From: a bacterium
GTDB lineage: Bacteria; Zhuqueibacterota; Zhuqueibacteria; Oceanimicrobiales; Oceanimicrobiaceae
DNA: 47,208 nucleotides
Direction of reading: 5' to 3'
NCBI GenBank assembly: GCA_046757025.1
Contig: JBHHXN010000023.1
Span: forward strand, 1-47,208
Shown here: piece by piece, positions 1 through 8,635 of the stretch
Layout: every line of letters begins with the position of its first letter
How positions within the stretch are numbered: position 1 is the first letter of the stretch
Position numbers and translations under genes: made by a program
Notes under the pieces: generated by a model
What the model was told of the DNA's origin: nothing
Database searches by the model: none
What the model saw: the letters and a program-made list of their open reading frames with translations, nothing else

Positions 1-49
1 CATGCTTCGACTCCGCTCAGCATGAAGACGCTCGTTTTCGGTCAATCAC
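1..49. mobile_element. Right end of MITE-like element (truncated by window edge) carrying a CTTCGAC..CTCAG REP-like palindrome
   Basis: TTTTCGGTCAATCAC (35-49) is identical to the right terminal repeat of the element at 406-564. It is followed by TAAATA (50-55). Internal palindrome catgcttcgactccgctcagcatg at 1-24. Confidence 0.7.
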
Positions 50-60
50 TAAATAATTTA

Positions 61-290
61 GTGGCAACATGATTCACGGGGAAAACCCTGTCGATAACCC
101 CTGACGTCGAAATCCAAGCCATCTCAGGTGCAAATTGTCGTCCAAGTCCTGGGATTGGTCTTCTCGATTCATCGAGAACGGGATAGATTTTGGAATGAAC
201 CGATCTATCAGAATGAGCTGGCCTTGCCGGTTTATTCAACGCGCGTGGTTAAAGGCGACGCCATGGAGCAATTTTGACCAGGGTAGCCAC
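61..290. mobile_element. Degenerate MITE-like element
   Basis: Ends GTGGCAAC...GTAGCCAC (7/8 inverted match), flanked by a perfect direct repeat AATTTA at 55-60 and 291-296. Confidence 0.45.
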
Positions 291-405
291 AATTTAAAAA
301 CGACTTTTCCGTGGCTTGAATTTAAATCATTTTACCATAAAATAATTTTGTCTTCAGAACTGAATAGTTACTATGGATTTGACGTAAAGTGCTGTTTATT
401 AGGTA

Positions 406-564
406 GTGATTGACCGAAAACTCGATTCTTTATGTCATTCCAGCGATCTCCCTGCTAAAGACATACAGGGACAAACTTTGTACTGGAATCTCCTCATCTC
501 AGGAAGGAGATTCCTGCTTAAAACTTGCAGGCATGACAAGAAAAGGTTGTTTTCGGTCAATCAC
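406..564. mobile_element. MITE-like element with 15-bp TIRs and internal GTCATTCC...GGAATC/GATTCC...ATGAC palindromes
   Basis: GTGATTGACCGAAAA (406-420) and TTTTCGGTCAATCAC (550-564) form a perfect inverted repeat. Flanks are TAGGTA (400-405) and CAGGTA (565-570). Confidence 0.75.
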
Positions 565-730
565 CAGGTAATTTCTTTCAGCCTCGCCCGCAAAGCGGGG
601 ATTGACGATTAGGGCATGCTCGGTTTTAAGTTGATGTTTCGACTTTTCACACAATCTCTTTAGCGTGTTTTTCCCCCGGTAAGGATTTGCTCAATTCAGG
701 TAAAAAATTCAACCAATTTTAATGAAACAG

Positions 731-759
731 AAAAGGCTTCCTAAAAGAAGAAGCCTTTT
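731..759 (-). terminator. Intrinsic (probably bidirectional) terminator downstream of the pspC/LiaF-like genes
   Basis: AAAAGGCTTC-N9-GAAGCCTTTT perfect inverted repeat about 25 nt past the stop at 784. Confidence 0.7.
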
Positions 760-783
760 GTGAATTGTGCCCTCTTTGAAACT

Positions 784-1299
784 TCATTGTGTTTTTTTAC
801 GCATACTGTTCAAAATAATGCTGGCCCCGATGGCGATCAAAATCAGCGGCCAATAATCTACAAAATCATGCCAATAGAATAGCCGCGCCGATCGGAGTAA
901 AAAAATGACGCCGAAAAACAACAAAATGCTGCCGGGAATAACCACTCCCCAGTCTTCCGATTTAACAAAAAACAAAACGATAAAACCCAAACCAAACGCA
1001 ATTAAAAAAATGGGCCAGATATCCCGAAAATCGTAAAAATAATAATCAAAGGAAAACACATCAAAATTGCGGCAAAAGAAAAACAAACCTAAAACCAGAA
1101 GTACGGTTGCGGGGAATACTGCACTTTTTTCGTTTTTTGTAAAAATCGCCATTAAAAACACGGCACCAATACCCAGCAACAATACCGGATAGACATGCCG
1201 CCATCGAATGAAAAAGAAATCGAATCGCTGTAAAAGAAAATACGTCCCCACCAAAATCAATACAATGCCAGGTAAATACGACCTTTGTTTTTTTTCCAT
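784..1299 (-). CDS. LiaF/LiaI-like (DUF5668-type) multi-pass membrane protein
   Basis: Repeated GxxLIxxG...WPxxLIxxG hydrophobic units; follows a PspC-domain gene. Confidence 0.7.
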   Translation of the reverse strand: MEKKQRSYLPGIVLILVGTYFLLQRFDFFFIRWRHVYPVLLLGIGAVFLMAIFTKNEKSAVFPATVLLVLGLFFFCRNFDVFSFDYYFYDFRDIWPIFLIAFGLGFIVLFFVKSEDWGVVIPGSILLFFGVIFLLRSARLFYWHDFVDYWPLILIAIGASIILNSMRKKTQ

Positions 1300-1328
1300 A
1301 GAAAATGACTCCTGAACAAAAAATCGTT

Positions 1329-2132
1329 TTACTTTTTTTGTGTTTTTGTGGCAGCGGATTTGGGAGACGACTCAGAAACTTCCGTGGAGGTTTCTTCCGG
1401 CACCACGATCAGCATAACGATGTACGCCACGATGCCGAGAAATCCGCCGCTCGCAATGGTCAACAGCACCCAGCCGATTCGCACAAGAGAGGGGTCGAAA
1501 TTAAAATACGCCGCTACTCCACCACAGACGCCTCCTATCATTTTATCGCACACGGATCTGGTTAATTTTTTATCCAATTGATAACCTCCGGATTTTTTTT
1601 GACTTTGCTTTTGTGCTGTAGTCGTTTCTTTTTTTGAAACTTTGATGAGATAAATGACTCCCAGGATTATCAGCAAAACGGGAAGCAATAAGCCAAACCC
1701 GAAATTGCCGAACCACCAGGGCCGCCAGTGCCAGCGAAAATGGATTGGATAAATATCGAACCAATCCAGATGTTGAAACAGAAACATGCATCCCACCACG
1801 ATGAGCAGTAAGCCCCACATCAAATTAGAATTGGATGATTTGCTCTCGCTTTTTTTTACCACGCTTTTCGGAGACGGATTTTCCGGAATCACAATCCAGC
1901 TTAAAATGTAAGCAATAATCCCGAGTCCGCCAGTAAAAATGGAAACCACCCAGATTACTCGGATGATGAGAACATCAAAATTGAAATATTCCGCAATTCC
2001 GCCACACACGCCGGCCAGCATACGCTCATCCAGGGACCGATAGATCCTTCGGGGCGACTCTTCTTGAGCCGCCGGTTTCTCTACCGCCGATTTACTTTCT
2101 TGATTTTTTTGCTCTTTCTTCTTTTCTGCCAT
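1329..2132 (-). CDS. pspC: PspC domain protein (two PspC domains flanking a LiaF-like TM segment)
   Basis: Two RS..(D/E)(R/K)M(L/I)(A/G)GVCGG(I/V)A.YF motifs, each followed by a TM helix ending in (V/I)PE. Confidence 0.85.
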   Translation of the reverse strand: MAEKKKEQKNQESKSAVEKPAAQEESPRRIYRSLDERMLAGVCGGIAEYFNFDVLIIRVIWVVSIFTGGLGIIAYILSWIVIPENPSPKSVVKKSESKSSNSNLMWGLLLIVVGCMFLFQHLDWFDIYPIHFRWHWRPWWFGNFGFGLLLPVLLIILGVIYLIKVSKKETTTAQKQSQKKSGGYQLDKKLTRSVCDKMIGGVCGGVAAYFNFDPSLVRIGWVLLTIASGGFLGIVAYIVMLIVVPEETSTEVSESSPKSAATKTQKK

Positions 2133-2259
2133 GACCTTTTAACTTTTCATTTGATGATAGTACCATAAAATGTTTGGACGAAAACTTCTGTACAAGACAC
2201 ACAACTTCCTTTCTCTACGGTTATCCAATTAGCTCGGAAAACGGCATTCTGCAGACGTC

Positions 2260-2275
2260 CTTCGACGTTGCTCAG
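2260..2275. repeat. REP-like CTTCGAC-N-CTCAG palindrome variant
   Basis: cttcgacgttgctcag matches the copies at 5-20, 25619-25634 and 45396-45411. Confidence 0.55.
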
Positions 2276-2372
2276 AGCCTGCCTTGAGCCTCGCAGTGGG
2301 ATAATCTCCGCCTCTGAAGCATCTCTGACCCTCATACTTCATTCCCGCTAACAAGCTCCGTAGCATGAGATA

Positions 2373-2436
2373 GTTTGCTCTGCCGCTGCGCGGGGAATCG
2401 CACAGAATGACCATATTGGAAGATTGCTGAGCAAAC
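2373..2436. mobile_element. 64-bp mini-MITE-like element
   Basis: GTTTGCTCTGC...GCTGAGCAAAC inverted ends (10/11); flanks GAGATA (2367-2372) and TAGATA (2437-2442). Confidence 0.5.
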
Positions 2437-2570
2437 TAGATAACCGCATCCCTTCTCAAATAACCTCGAGTATTTTCAGTGTTAAAGAAAACGTGAATTA
2501 TTCATTTAAATAAATTTGTGGTGTCTATTAAAGGGATTAACGGAGAAAATTGAGCAAGGTTTCCGAGATT

Positions 2571-3215
2571 TTATATGCGATATTTCCGGTCAATATCCAT
2601 TATTTTGTCCACTCGATTGGCATGTCGGCCGCCTTCAAATTCGGTATTTAGCCACACTGTCACAATGTCTGTGGCCACATCCGGGCCTAACACTCTGCTG
2701 CCCAGAGTCAAAACGTTGGCGTTGTTGTGAGCGCGACTGTTTCTGGCGGTGTACACATCCTGACAGGCTGCAGCCCGCACGCCGGGAACTTTGTTCGCGG
2801 CTATGGAGGAGCCAACCCCCGCCCCATCGACGATGATGCCGCGTAAATCGGTTGCTTGCGCTACCTTTTGCGCCACCACGTGGGCAAAATCAGGGTAGTC
2901 CACCGATTCGGTAGAAAACGTGCCCACATCCTCCACTTCGTAGCCCAGTTTCTGAAGCTGCTGTTTCAACTGTTCTTTGAGCTCAAAACCACCGTGGTCC
3001 GAACCGATGATGATCTTTTTAGAATGGTCTGCGGAAGTTGGGGCCGGCACGGGCTTTTGGGATTCCTGTACGGAGATTTTTTCAATGACGATGCCATGCA
3101 CGTTGGCGGCGTTTTCAGCGGCCGGCGTGATCAGGCCGTTAGCGGGCACTTGAATACGCGATTCGCGCTTTTTCCAGGCGTCTAAAACATCGCGTTCTGT
3201 AATCAACCTTTTCAT
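2571..3215 (-). CDS. rpiB: Ribose-5-phosphate isomerase B with N-terminal EutQ-like extension
   Basis: GSDHGG, DYPDFA, GxGxGSSIAANKVPGVRAA, HNNANVL and FEGGRH motifs, plus about 65 extra N-terminal residues. Confidence 0.9.
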   Translation of the reverse strand: MKRLITERDVLDAWKKRESRIQVPANGLITPAAENAANVHGIVIEKISVQESQKPVPAPTSADHSKKIIIGSDHGGFELKEQLKQQLQKLGYEVEDVGTFSTESVDYPDFAHVVAQKVAQATDLRGIIVDGAGVGSSIAANKVPGVRAAACQDVYTARNSRAHNNANVLTLGSRVLGPDVATDIVTVWLNTEFEGGRHANRVDKIMDIDRKYRI

Positions 3216-3904
3216 GAATTATTGCGTTTCTTTTCGGCTTTTCCTAACATGGGAACAAATCGCACCGGGATGCGTGATTCGGTTTTAAAATTTCCGTCGT
3301 GAAATTTGGTCACTACCAGCAGCTCCTGGTCCTGCTCCCCCACTGGAATGACCAGTTTGGCAGATGGTTTGAGCTGATCCAGTAAAGTTTGCGGTACGTG
3401 ATCCGGTGCGGCCGTGACGATGATACCGTCAAAGGGAGCCTGCTCTGGCCAGCCTTTGTAGCCGTCGCCAAATTTCAGTGAAATGTTGTGATACCCTAAT
3501 TTCTTCAAACGGCGCGCCACCTCGATGGTCAAATTTTCATTGATCTCGATGGTATAAACCCAATTAGCAATCTCCGCTAAAACCGCGGCCTGGTAGCCGG
3601 AGCCAGTGCCGATTTCCAGAACTTTCTCGCCGCCCTTGAGCCCCAGCGCCGCAGTCATGTACGCCACGATAAACGGTTGTGAAATGGTCTGGTCACATCC
3701 GATCGGCAGCGGCGTATCATCGTAAGCCACACTTTCCAATTGCTCGTCCACGAATCGATGCCTAGGAACGCTTTTTAGAGCTTTCAAAACCAAAAAGTCT
3801 TTAATGCCTCGCGACCAGATTTGCTCCTTGATCATTTTTTTGCGAAACTCAAAATGGCTGGCTGTGTCACCGTATTTGAGATGGCTTTCTTGCTCAAAAT
3901 CCAC
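3212..3904 (-). CDS. pcm: Protein-L-isoaspartate(D-aspartate) O-methyltransferase
   Basis: QTISQP, VLEIGTGSGYQAA, APFDGIIVTAA and VRFVPM motifs. Confidence 0.95.
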   Translation of the reverse strand: MDFEQESHLKYGDTASHFEFRKKMIKEQIWSRGIKDFLVLKALKSVPRHRFVDEQLESVAYDDTPLPIGCDQTISQPFIVAYMTAALGLKGGEKVLEIGTGSGYQAAVLAEIANWVYTIEINENLTIEVARRLKKLGYHNISLKFGDGYKGWPEQAPFDGIIVTAAPDHVPQTLLDQLKPSAKLVIPVGEQDQELLVVTKFHDGNFKTESRIPVRFVPMLGKAEKKRNNS

Positions 3905-3960
3905 CTATTTTACCTCCCCGTAAACGGTTTTGTTTGTAAAAATCATTTTTTTTGTCATTA

Positions 3961-4920
3961 TTAATTTTGCAAATTACGCAAATGAACTTCCACGCTTCTG
4001 GCTAATGCCATGAGATTATATCCCCCTTCTAACAATGAAACCATGCGGCCATGACAACATTTTGCAGCTACGTCCTTTAAACATGTTGTCATTTCCACAA
4101 AGCCTTCCTCAGTCAGCTCCATGTTCGCCAGGGGGTCATCCGTGTGCGCATCAAAACCGGCTGAGATCAAAAGAAATTCTGGTTCAAATTTTTGCAGCGC
4201 CGGTATAATTTGCTGGTCGAACACAACCCGATAATCCTGGTCGCCTGAACCCGGCGGCTGCGGCAGATTCAAAGTCGCGCCGACTCCAGCGCCGTTGCCC
4301 CTTTCTTCCGCTCGACCCGTGCCCGGATAGAGCGGGCGTTGATGAACGCTGATATAAAAAACCGAAGCGTCCTCATAAAAGGCATTTTGCGTGCCGTTGC
4401 CGTGGTGCACATCCCAATCCACAATGGCCACTTTTTGAATCGGAAATTCTTTTTGTAAATACCTGGCTGTGATCGCCACGTTGTTGAACATACAGAACCC
4501 CATGGCCCGATTTGGCTCCGCGTGATGCCCCGGCGGACGCACCGCACAAAAAACGTTGTCAACTTCCCCGTTCATAACAGCGTCGCAGGCATTAAGCACG
4601 CTGCCAGCTGCCAGCAAAGCCGTCTCAAATGAGGCCTGGCACACCACGGTATCCGCATCCAAATGATGCAAACCCGACTGACAAGCGGCTCGTACTTGTT
4701 CAATATAGGCCATTGGGTGGATGTTGGCAATGGAATGGATTTCAGCCATATTAGTTGGAATACGAACCAGTTCGCTTAAAAGTCCCGTTTGCTGCAAATG
4801 CTGCCCCAAATATCGCAAACGCTCTGGCCGCTCAGGATGCCCCTCTCCCGTTTTGTGATTTAAAAATTCTTCGCTAAAAACAATGCCGGTTTTGCTCATC
4901 GTGTTTTCCCCGATGTCCAT
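3961..4920 (-). CDS. Zn-dependent histone deacetylase family protein (start may be 4899)
   Basis: HPERPER, RPPGHHA, GFCMFNN, DWDVHHGNGT, SAGFDAH and LEGGY motifs. Confidence 0.92.
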   Translation of the reverse strand: MDIGENTMSKTGIVFSEEFLNHKTGEGHPERPERLRYLGQHLQQTGLLSELVRIPTNMAEIHSIANIHPMAYIEQVRAACQSGLHHLDADTVVCQASFETALLAAGSVLNACDAVMNGEVDNVFCAVRPPGHHAEPNRAMGFCMFNNVAITARYLQKEFPIQKVAIVDWDVHHGNGTQNAFYEDASVFYISVHQRPLYPGTGRAEERGNGAGVGATLNLPQPPGSGDQDYRVVFDQQIIPALQKFEPEFLLISAGFDAHTDDPLANMELTEEGFVEMTTCLKDVAAKCCHGRMVSLLEGGYNLMALARSVEVHLRNLQN

Positions 4921-4994
4921 CCCTTTTTCGGGCCTGCAAAATTAAACCGCGTTTATTCCGCAGGCTTCATTTCCGCGTAAAAGAGAATTCGAAT

Positions 4995-5423
4995 TTATTC
5001 ATTGACCCGTACCTGGGACTTCGAAACCGCCGTATCTCCGCGACCGTTGACTTTGATTTCGTAAATTCCTGGCTTGAGATTATCAACACGACAAACTTCT
5101 TCAAACGGTACCAGCACCTGGATCACCATTTTATTGGCGTCGTGTCGCGCCAGCGGTGAAATCTCAATGGTTTTGCCTCTAACTTCGATATCAAACCGTT
5201 CAAAGGTATAAGCCGGCGAAGGCAAGTTGCCTTTGATTTTCACCTCCAGAACCTCGTCCTTTAAAACCACCGCTTTTGAGTCCACAGAATCTATATAGAT
5301 TTTTTGCAGCATGGAATGTTCTTTCTCCGACGGGGATGATTTGTTAAAGGCCGTACAACCTGCACTTAACAAAACCAATGCACAGAGCGCAACAATGACA
5401 CAATAAAATTTGTAATTATTCAT
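4995..5423 (-). CDS. Hypothetical lipoprotein
   Basis: ATG at 5423 after a GAGGTG SD; signal peptide with lipobox LSAG-C; beta-rich mature region. Confidence 0.7.
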   Translation of the reverse strand: MNNYKFYCVIVALCALVLLSAGCTAFNKSSPSEKEHSMLQKIYIDSVDSKAVVLKDEVLEVKIKGNLPSPAYTFERFDIEVRGKTIEISPLARHDANKMVIQVLVPFEEVCRVDNLKPGIYEIKVNGRGDTAVSKSQVRVNE

Positions 5424-5468
5424 GACATCACCTCGTAGAATAATCACGATTTACTTTATATTAAAATG

Positions 5469-5505
5469 CACATTTTCAATATACGAAAATGTGTTCAAAA
5501 AGCAA
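5469..5505 (-). promoter_or_regulatory. sigma70-like promoter (TTGCTT-N16-TATATT) overlapped by a 9-7-9 inverted repeat
   Basis: CACATTTTC-aatatac-GAAAATGTG at 5469-5493 straddles the -10 hexamer. Confidence 0.45.
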
Positions 5506-5594
5506 TGAATTTAGAATATTTTTTCATCAAATTGCATTGGTTTTCAAGAGATGAGTGTTCAGAGTCAAGAAAGTCGTATTCAGCCAGGTGTGAA

Positions 5595-7382
5595 TCATTT
5601 TTGTTTGCTGGCCTTCAGAAAATCCTCGATACCCTTGACAATGGCTTCGGCCGTTTTCTTTTTATATTCTGCGGTTTTGATCAAACTCTCCCCTTCCGGA
5701 TGCATGATAAAGGCCGGCTCGAGCAGAATTGCCGGCATTTGTGTCGGGCGGCAAAGCGTTAAATTATCATAGTACAATCCAAAATCCGGCAATTTCAATT
5801 TCTGCAACATTCGCCGGTGAATGGCCTCTGCTAACGGTCGGCTTTGAATGTGATAATAATAGGTGCTGGTTCCGTTGTTGAGAAACGGATTCACTCCATC
5901 GGGCAGGGCGTTGTGATGTAAGCTGATCAAAATATCCGCACCCACCACGGTAGCTAATTTTGGCCGGGCAGACAGAGCCACTCCAAAAGGATCTTTGCGG
6001 GTTAAAAAGACTCTTGCGCCTTTTTTCTCTAATTTTTGTTTCAGTGCCAGAGCCAGTTGCAAGTTAGCGTCCTTTTCCGTTAACCGAGTGGGACCCACCG
6101 CGCCTTTGTCCGGCCCGTGGCCGGCGTCCACACAAACTAACAAATTTTTCAAACGCAATTTCCGTGGCGGCCGCTTGACTTCGATGATAAGATCGTTGCC
6201 TTCGTAGTAAGGATCAAAGCCCCACTGCTGCTCATTTGCAAGGGCAATGACCAGTCGGTAAACGCCTTCTGCCGGCTGCGACCATTGGATTCCGCGCAGC
6301 AGCGCATCCTCGCGCTGAAACCGAATCCAATCCGTATCGGAAGTGGCCCCGTAAATCGTCACGATGAGCTCAGAAGGGGTACGGGTCTGCTCGATCTTAA
6401 ATGGCAGCTTCTGCTGCAGGTAGATTTTGACGCGCAATTTCTCTGGCCGACTTTCCGTGCGCAGAACGGAAACGGTACTGTGGGGGATGGCCGTTCCGGC
6501 CGGCAGCAACGTGAGGTGCGATTCGGGCAACCAAACCTGCTCCAGACCACTCAATCGAGCACGAAAATAGCCGCCCTTTTTTCCCGTAATCCAGAGCCGG
6601 ATGCCAGCGGGAAAGAATAATTGATATCCTAATCCGGGGCCAGTACGGGCCACGGTGTGCTCACTGTGCGTTTCCGCTATTTGTGGAAAGAACTCGTGGC
6701 GCACCGTGAGCCGGCCCGGCGCCGAAGCTTTTACACGGTGACCGTCGCTGCCTTGCAGCGTAAAAAGGATGTCCGCCTCGTTTAACTCCACATTTTGAGG
6801 TATGAGATACCCGCCCTCGTACACGCCTTCGATTTCAGCCGTTGTCGGCGGTTTACCTTCGCCAAAAACCGCCTCACCCCAGTCAAATTCCTTCCAGGGC
6901 TGGCGCTCCGTCATAGGGGCATTTTCAACCAGCCCGGTAATGGTGAAGGTAGCGATTAAACCCGGCGTGCCTTTAAATGCCACCCGCACGTAATCACCCG
7001 AGCGCAATTCGAGGTTTTCCTCTGGCAGGAGATAGCTGCTGTCGATGGCCACCGTATCTCGTGGTGTCGAAGTCAAATAGGGAGAAATTACCACCTCCCT
7101 CAAAACCACCGCCGTGTCGGCTGCGCTCACGGCGCGGCATTCAAAGGTGAAGTCCCCAACCGAGATCGGCAGGAACGCCAGAAACGCACCGTTGGGAAAT
7201 AGGTTAACTGGCAACTCGTTGATGAATAATTTTGCAGACGGACGGTTCACAGACCCAAATATAAAAGTTGAGTCTGTGGCAGTCACCGTTTGCCCTTCTC
7301 TGGGATAGACTACATCGACGGCGATTTGTGAAAAGGCCGGCGTCGATAGCAGCCAGAAAAATATGACGAATAATCTGGTCAT
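5595..7382 (-). CDS. N-acetylmuramoyl-L-alanine amidase (Amidase_3) with large N-terminal region
   Basis: C-terminal VDAGHG...EK..NL, ISLHHNA and ILLEPAF motifs. Start moved to ATG 7382 (MTRLFVIFFWLLSTPAFS, a signal peptide), because the longer ORF start runs through a repeat tract. Confidence 0.88.
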   Translation of the reverse strand: MTRLFVIFFWLLSTPAFSQIAVDVVYPREGQTVTATDSTFIFGSVNRPSAKLFINELPVNLFPNGAFLAFLPISVGDFTFECRAVSAADTAVVLREVVISPYLTSTPRDTVAIDSSYLLPEENLELRSGDYVRVAFKGTPGLIATFTITGLVENAPMTERQPWKEFDWGEAVFGEGKPPTTAEIEGVYEGGYLIPQNVELNEADILFTLQGSDGHRVKASAPGRLTVRHEFFPQIAETHSEHTVARTGPGLGYQLFFPAGIRLWITGKKGGYFRARLSGLEQVWLPESHLTLLPAGTAIPHSTVSVLRTESRPEKLRVKIYLQQKLPFKIEQTRTPSELIVTIYGATSDTDWIRFQREDALLRGIQWSQPAEGVYRLVIALANEQQWGFDPYYEGNDLIIEVKRPPRKLRLKNLLVCVDAGHGPDKGAVGPTRLTEKDANLQLALALKQKLEKKGARVFLTRKDPFGVALSARPKLATVVGADILISLHHNALPDGVNPFLNNGTSTYYYHIQSRPLAEAIHRRMLQKLKLPDFGLYYDNLTLCRPTQMPAILLEPAFIMHPEGESLIKTAEYKKKTAEAIVKGIEDFLKASKQK

Positions 7383-7455
7383 GGTTTTTGAAATTAACTT
7401 ACCATTCTTTTGGGGAAAATAATCATAAAAAAATAAAATTACAAGCGTAACAACT

Positions 7456-7507
7456 GGGGATGGAGGGAAGATGGAGAATGGAAGGTGAGGATGGAGGATG
7501 GAGGGTT
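7456..7507. repeat. Degenerate heptamer tandem repeat (GGATGGA-like)
   Basis: ggatggagggaagatggagaatggaaggtgaggatggaggatggaggg. Confidence 0.6.
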
Positions 7508-7544
7508 GTAGGACGGGACAATGACACCCCGAAACTCGAAACGC

Positions 7545-7864
7545 ACCCCCGTGCTTCAATACGACGAATGTGTTCCAACAAAACATCCCGAGGGCATTTT
7601 TTTAGTAAGTATTTCAAGGCAAGGTATAAAATGAACAAATCATCAAAATAGCCGATAACGGGAATTAAAAATCTGAAAAAAGATCAAAGGGAGAGAGAAT
7701 ATAACCGAATGCTAAAAACAACAACAATTTTGGATGCAGGGGTACCCGGATATCTGTGACTAAATTGGCAACAACTGGATAAATTTGGGAAAAAATTGAA
7801 TAACCTTGAAAAATCCAGCCGGGTTTTTGAGTCCTACTAAAATTAGTCTTTTAAATCCGGACAT
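7545..7864 (-). pseudogene. DUF1232/YkvA family membrane protein, frameshifted twice
   Basis: Joining three frames gives MSGFKRL...FIQLL/NLVTDIRVPLHPKLLLFLAFGYILSPFDLFSDF/IPVIGYFDDLFILYLAL..., which contains the YxxSPxD..D.IP..G..DD motif. Shifts occur near 7770 and 7668. Confidence 0.75.
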
Positions 7865-8040
7865 CGACCAGGATGAACGGCGGGGAAAGCAAGAGATGAA
7901 GTTTGATGGAAGACGAGACATTGAAAATGTCACCGTTACAAAAATCATGCCTCTGCTTTCCCTGTCCACTCCATTTTTTTGTCAGGCTACCCAAGTAGCG
8001 ATTGTAAAGCCATAACTCAAAGGATTTTTCATGTGGACCA

Positions 8041-8292
8041 TTAACCGCATCCACATCCTTCAGTTGAAGCATTTACCTCAGTCTCAGTGTTTTTGAAGAT
8101 AGTTGCAACAAGCTGATCCATTTTGGTTATTGCACCCTTTCTTACTAGCTTTGCTGCTTCAATTGCCTCCACGATTTCGCGTTCATTGGCTCCGTTTTCT
8201 TGAGCCTTGCTAACATGATATCTCAAACAAGGTTGACAATTTGCAGTAACCGATGCTCCAACTGCTATTAACTCTTTGATTCGATTATCCAT
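8041..8292 (-). CDS. Carboxymuconolactone decarboxylase/AhpD-like protein with CxxC and C-terminal CGC
   Basis: ELIAVGASVTANCQPCLRYH and G....EI.EAI motifs; GGAGG SD. Confidence 0.85.
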   Translation of the reverse strand: MDNRIKELIAVGASVTANCQPCLRYHVSKAQENGANEREIVEAIEAAKLVRKGAITKMDQLVATIFKNTETEVNASTEGCGCG

Positions 8293-8343
8293 GACAAACC
8301 TCCATAAATTTTCCTGTTTCGATTAATTTCGTTTGAGATGATT

Positions 8344-8565
8344 TCAGCAACAACCACCTTCTCGTACTGTAGAAATCCCAAGGAGAAAGTAACTGGGACA
8401 AAACCCAAGAACTCCAGAAACGAGAAGCAGCATGCCGAGAATCATAAGGAGGTCTCTGATTGTTCCCATCATAAAAAGGCTCCCCAGAACTATCAGACCA
8501 GTCCCAACGCAGATTCGAAAACATCGATCAAGCATACCCACATTTTGTTTAAATGGAATCTTCAT
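8344..8565 (-). CDS. DUF2892/YgaP-like membrane protein with C-terminal CC
   Basis: NVG.LDR..RI..G and SG..GFCP.Y.LLGIST motifs; strong SD AAGGAGGTGA. Confidence 0.85.
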   Translation of the reverse strand: MKIPFKQNVGMLDRCFRICVGTGLIVLGSLFMMGTIRDLLMILGMLLLVSGVLGFCPSYFLLGISTVREGGCC

Positions 8566-8600
8566 GGTGCATCACCTCCTTTCTGACTTGTCTAACCTTT

Positions 8601-8629
8601 TAGACGGAGGTCAGTCAGGAAAGGATACA
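8601..8629 (-). promoter_or_regulatory. Candidate ECF-sigma promoter TGTATC-N17-CGTCTA
   Basis: CGTC-type -10 element and 17-nt spacer immediately after the ECF gene stop and upstream of DUF2892. Confidence 0.5.
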
Positions 8630-8635
8630 CCTTAA

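Noticed and set aside
42..612. Short ORFs 42-239, 135-413 and 406-612
   Set aside because: They lie over MITE/palindromic repeats and show no recognisable motifs.
7383..7586. N-terminal 68 aa of the amidase ORF
   Set aside because: Translates the heptamer repeat and the pseudogene tail; the signal peptide begins at 7382.
7910..7941. TGTAAC...CGTCTT as a second ECF promoter upstream of the DUF1232 pseudogene
   Set aside because: The 19-nt spacer is too long for a typical ECF promoter.
8323..8346. DUF2892 gene ends GGCC-TGA, a possible second selenocysteine
   Set aside because: The downstream sequence (aatcatctcaaacgaaattaa) is AT-rich with no SECIS-like stem or G-loop, and read-through adds only 6 residues. 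Treated as a normal stop.
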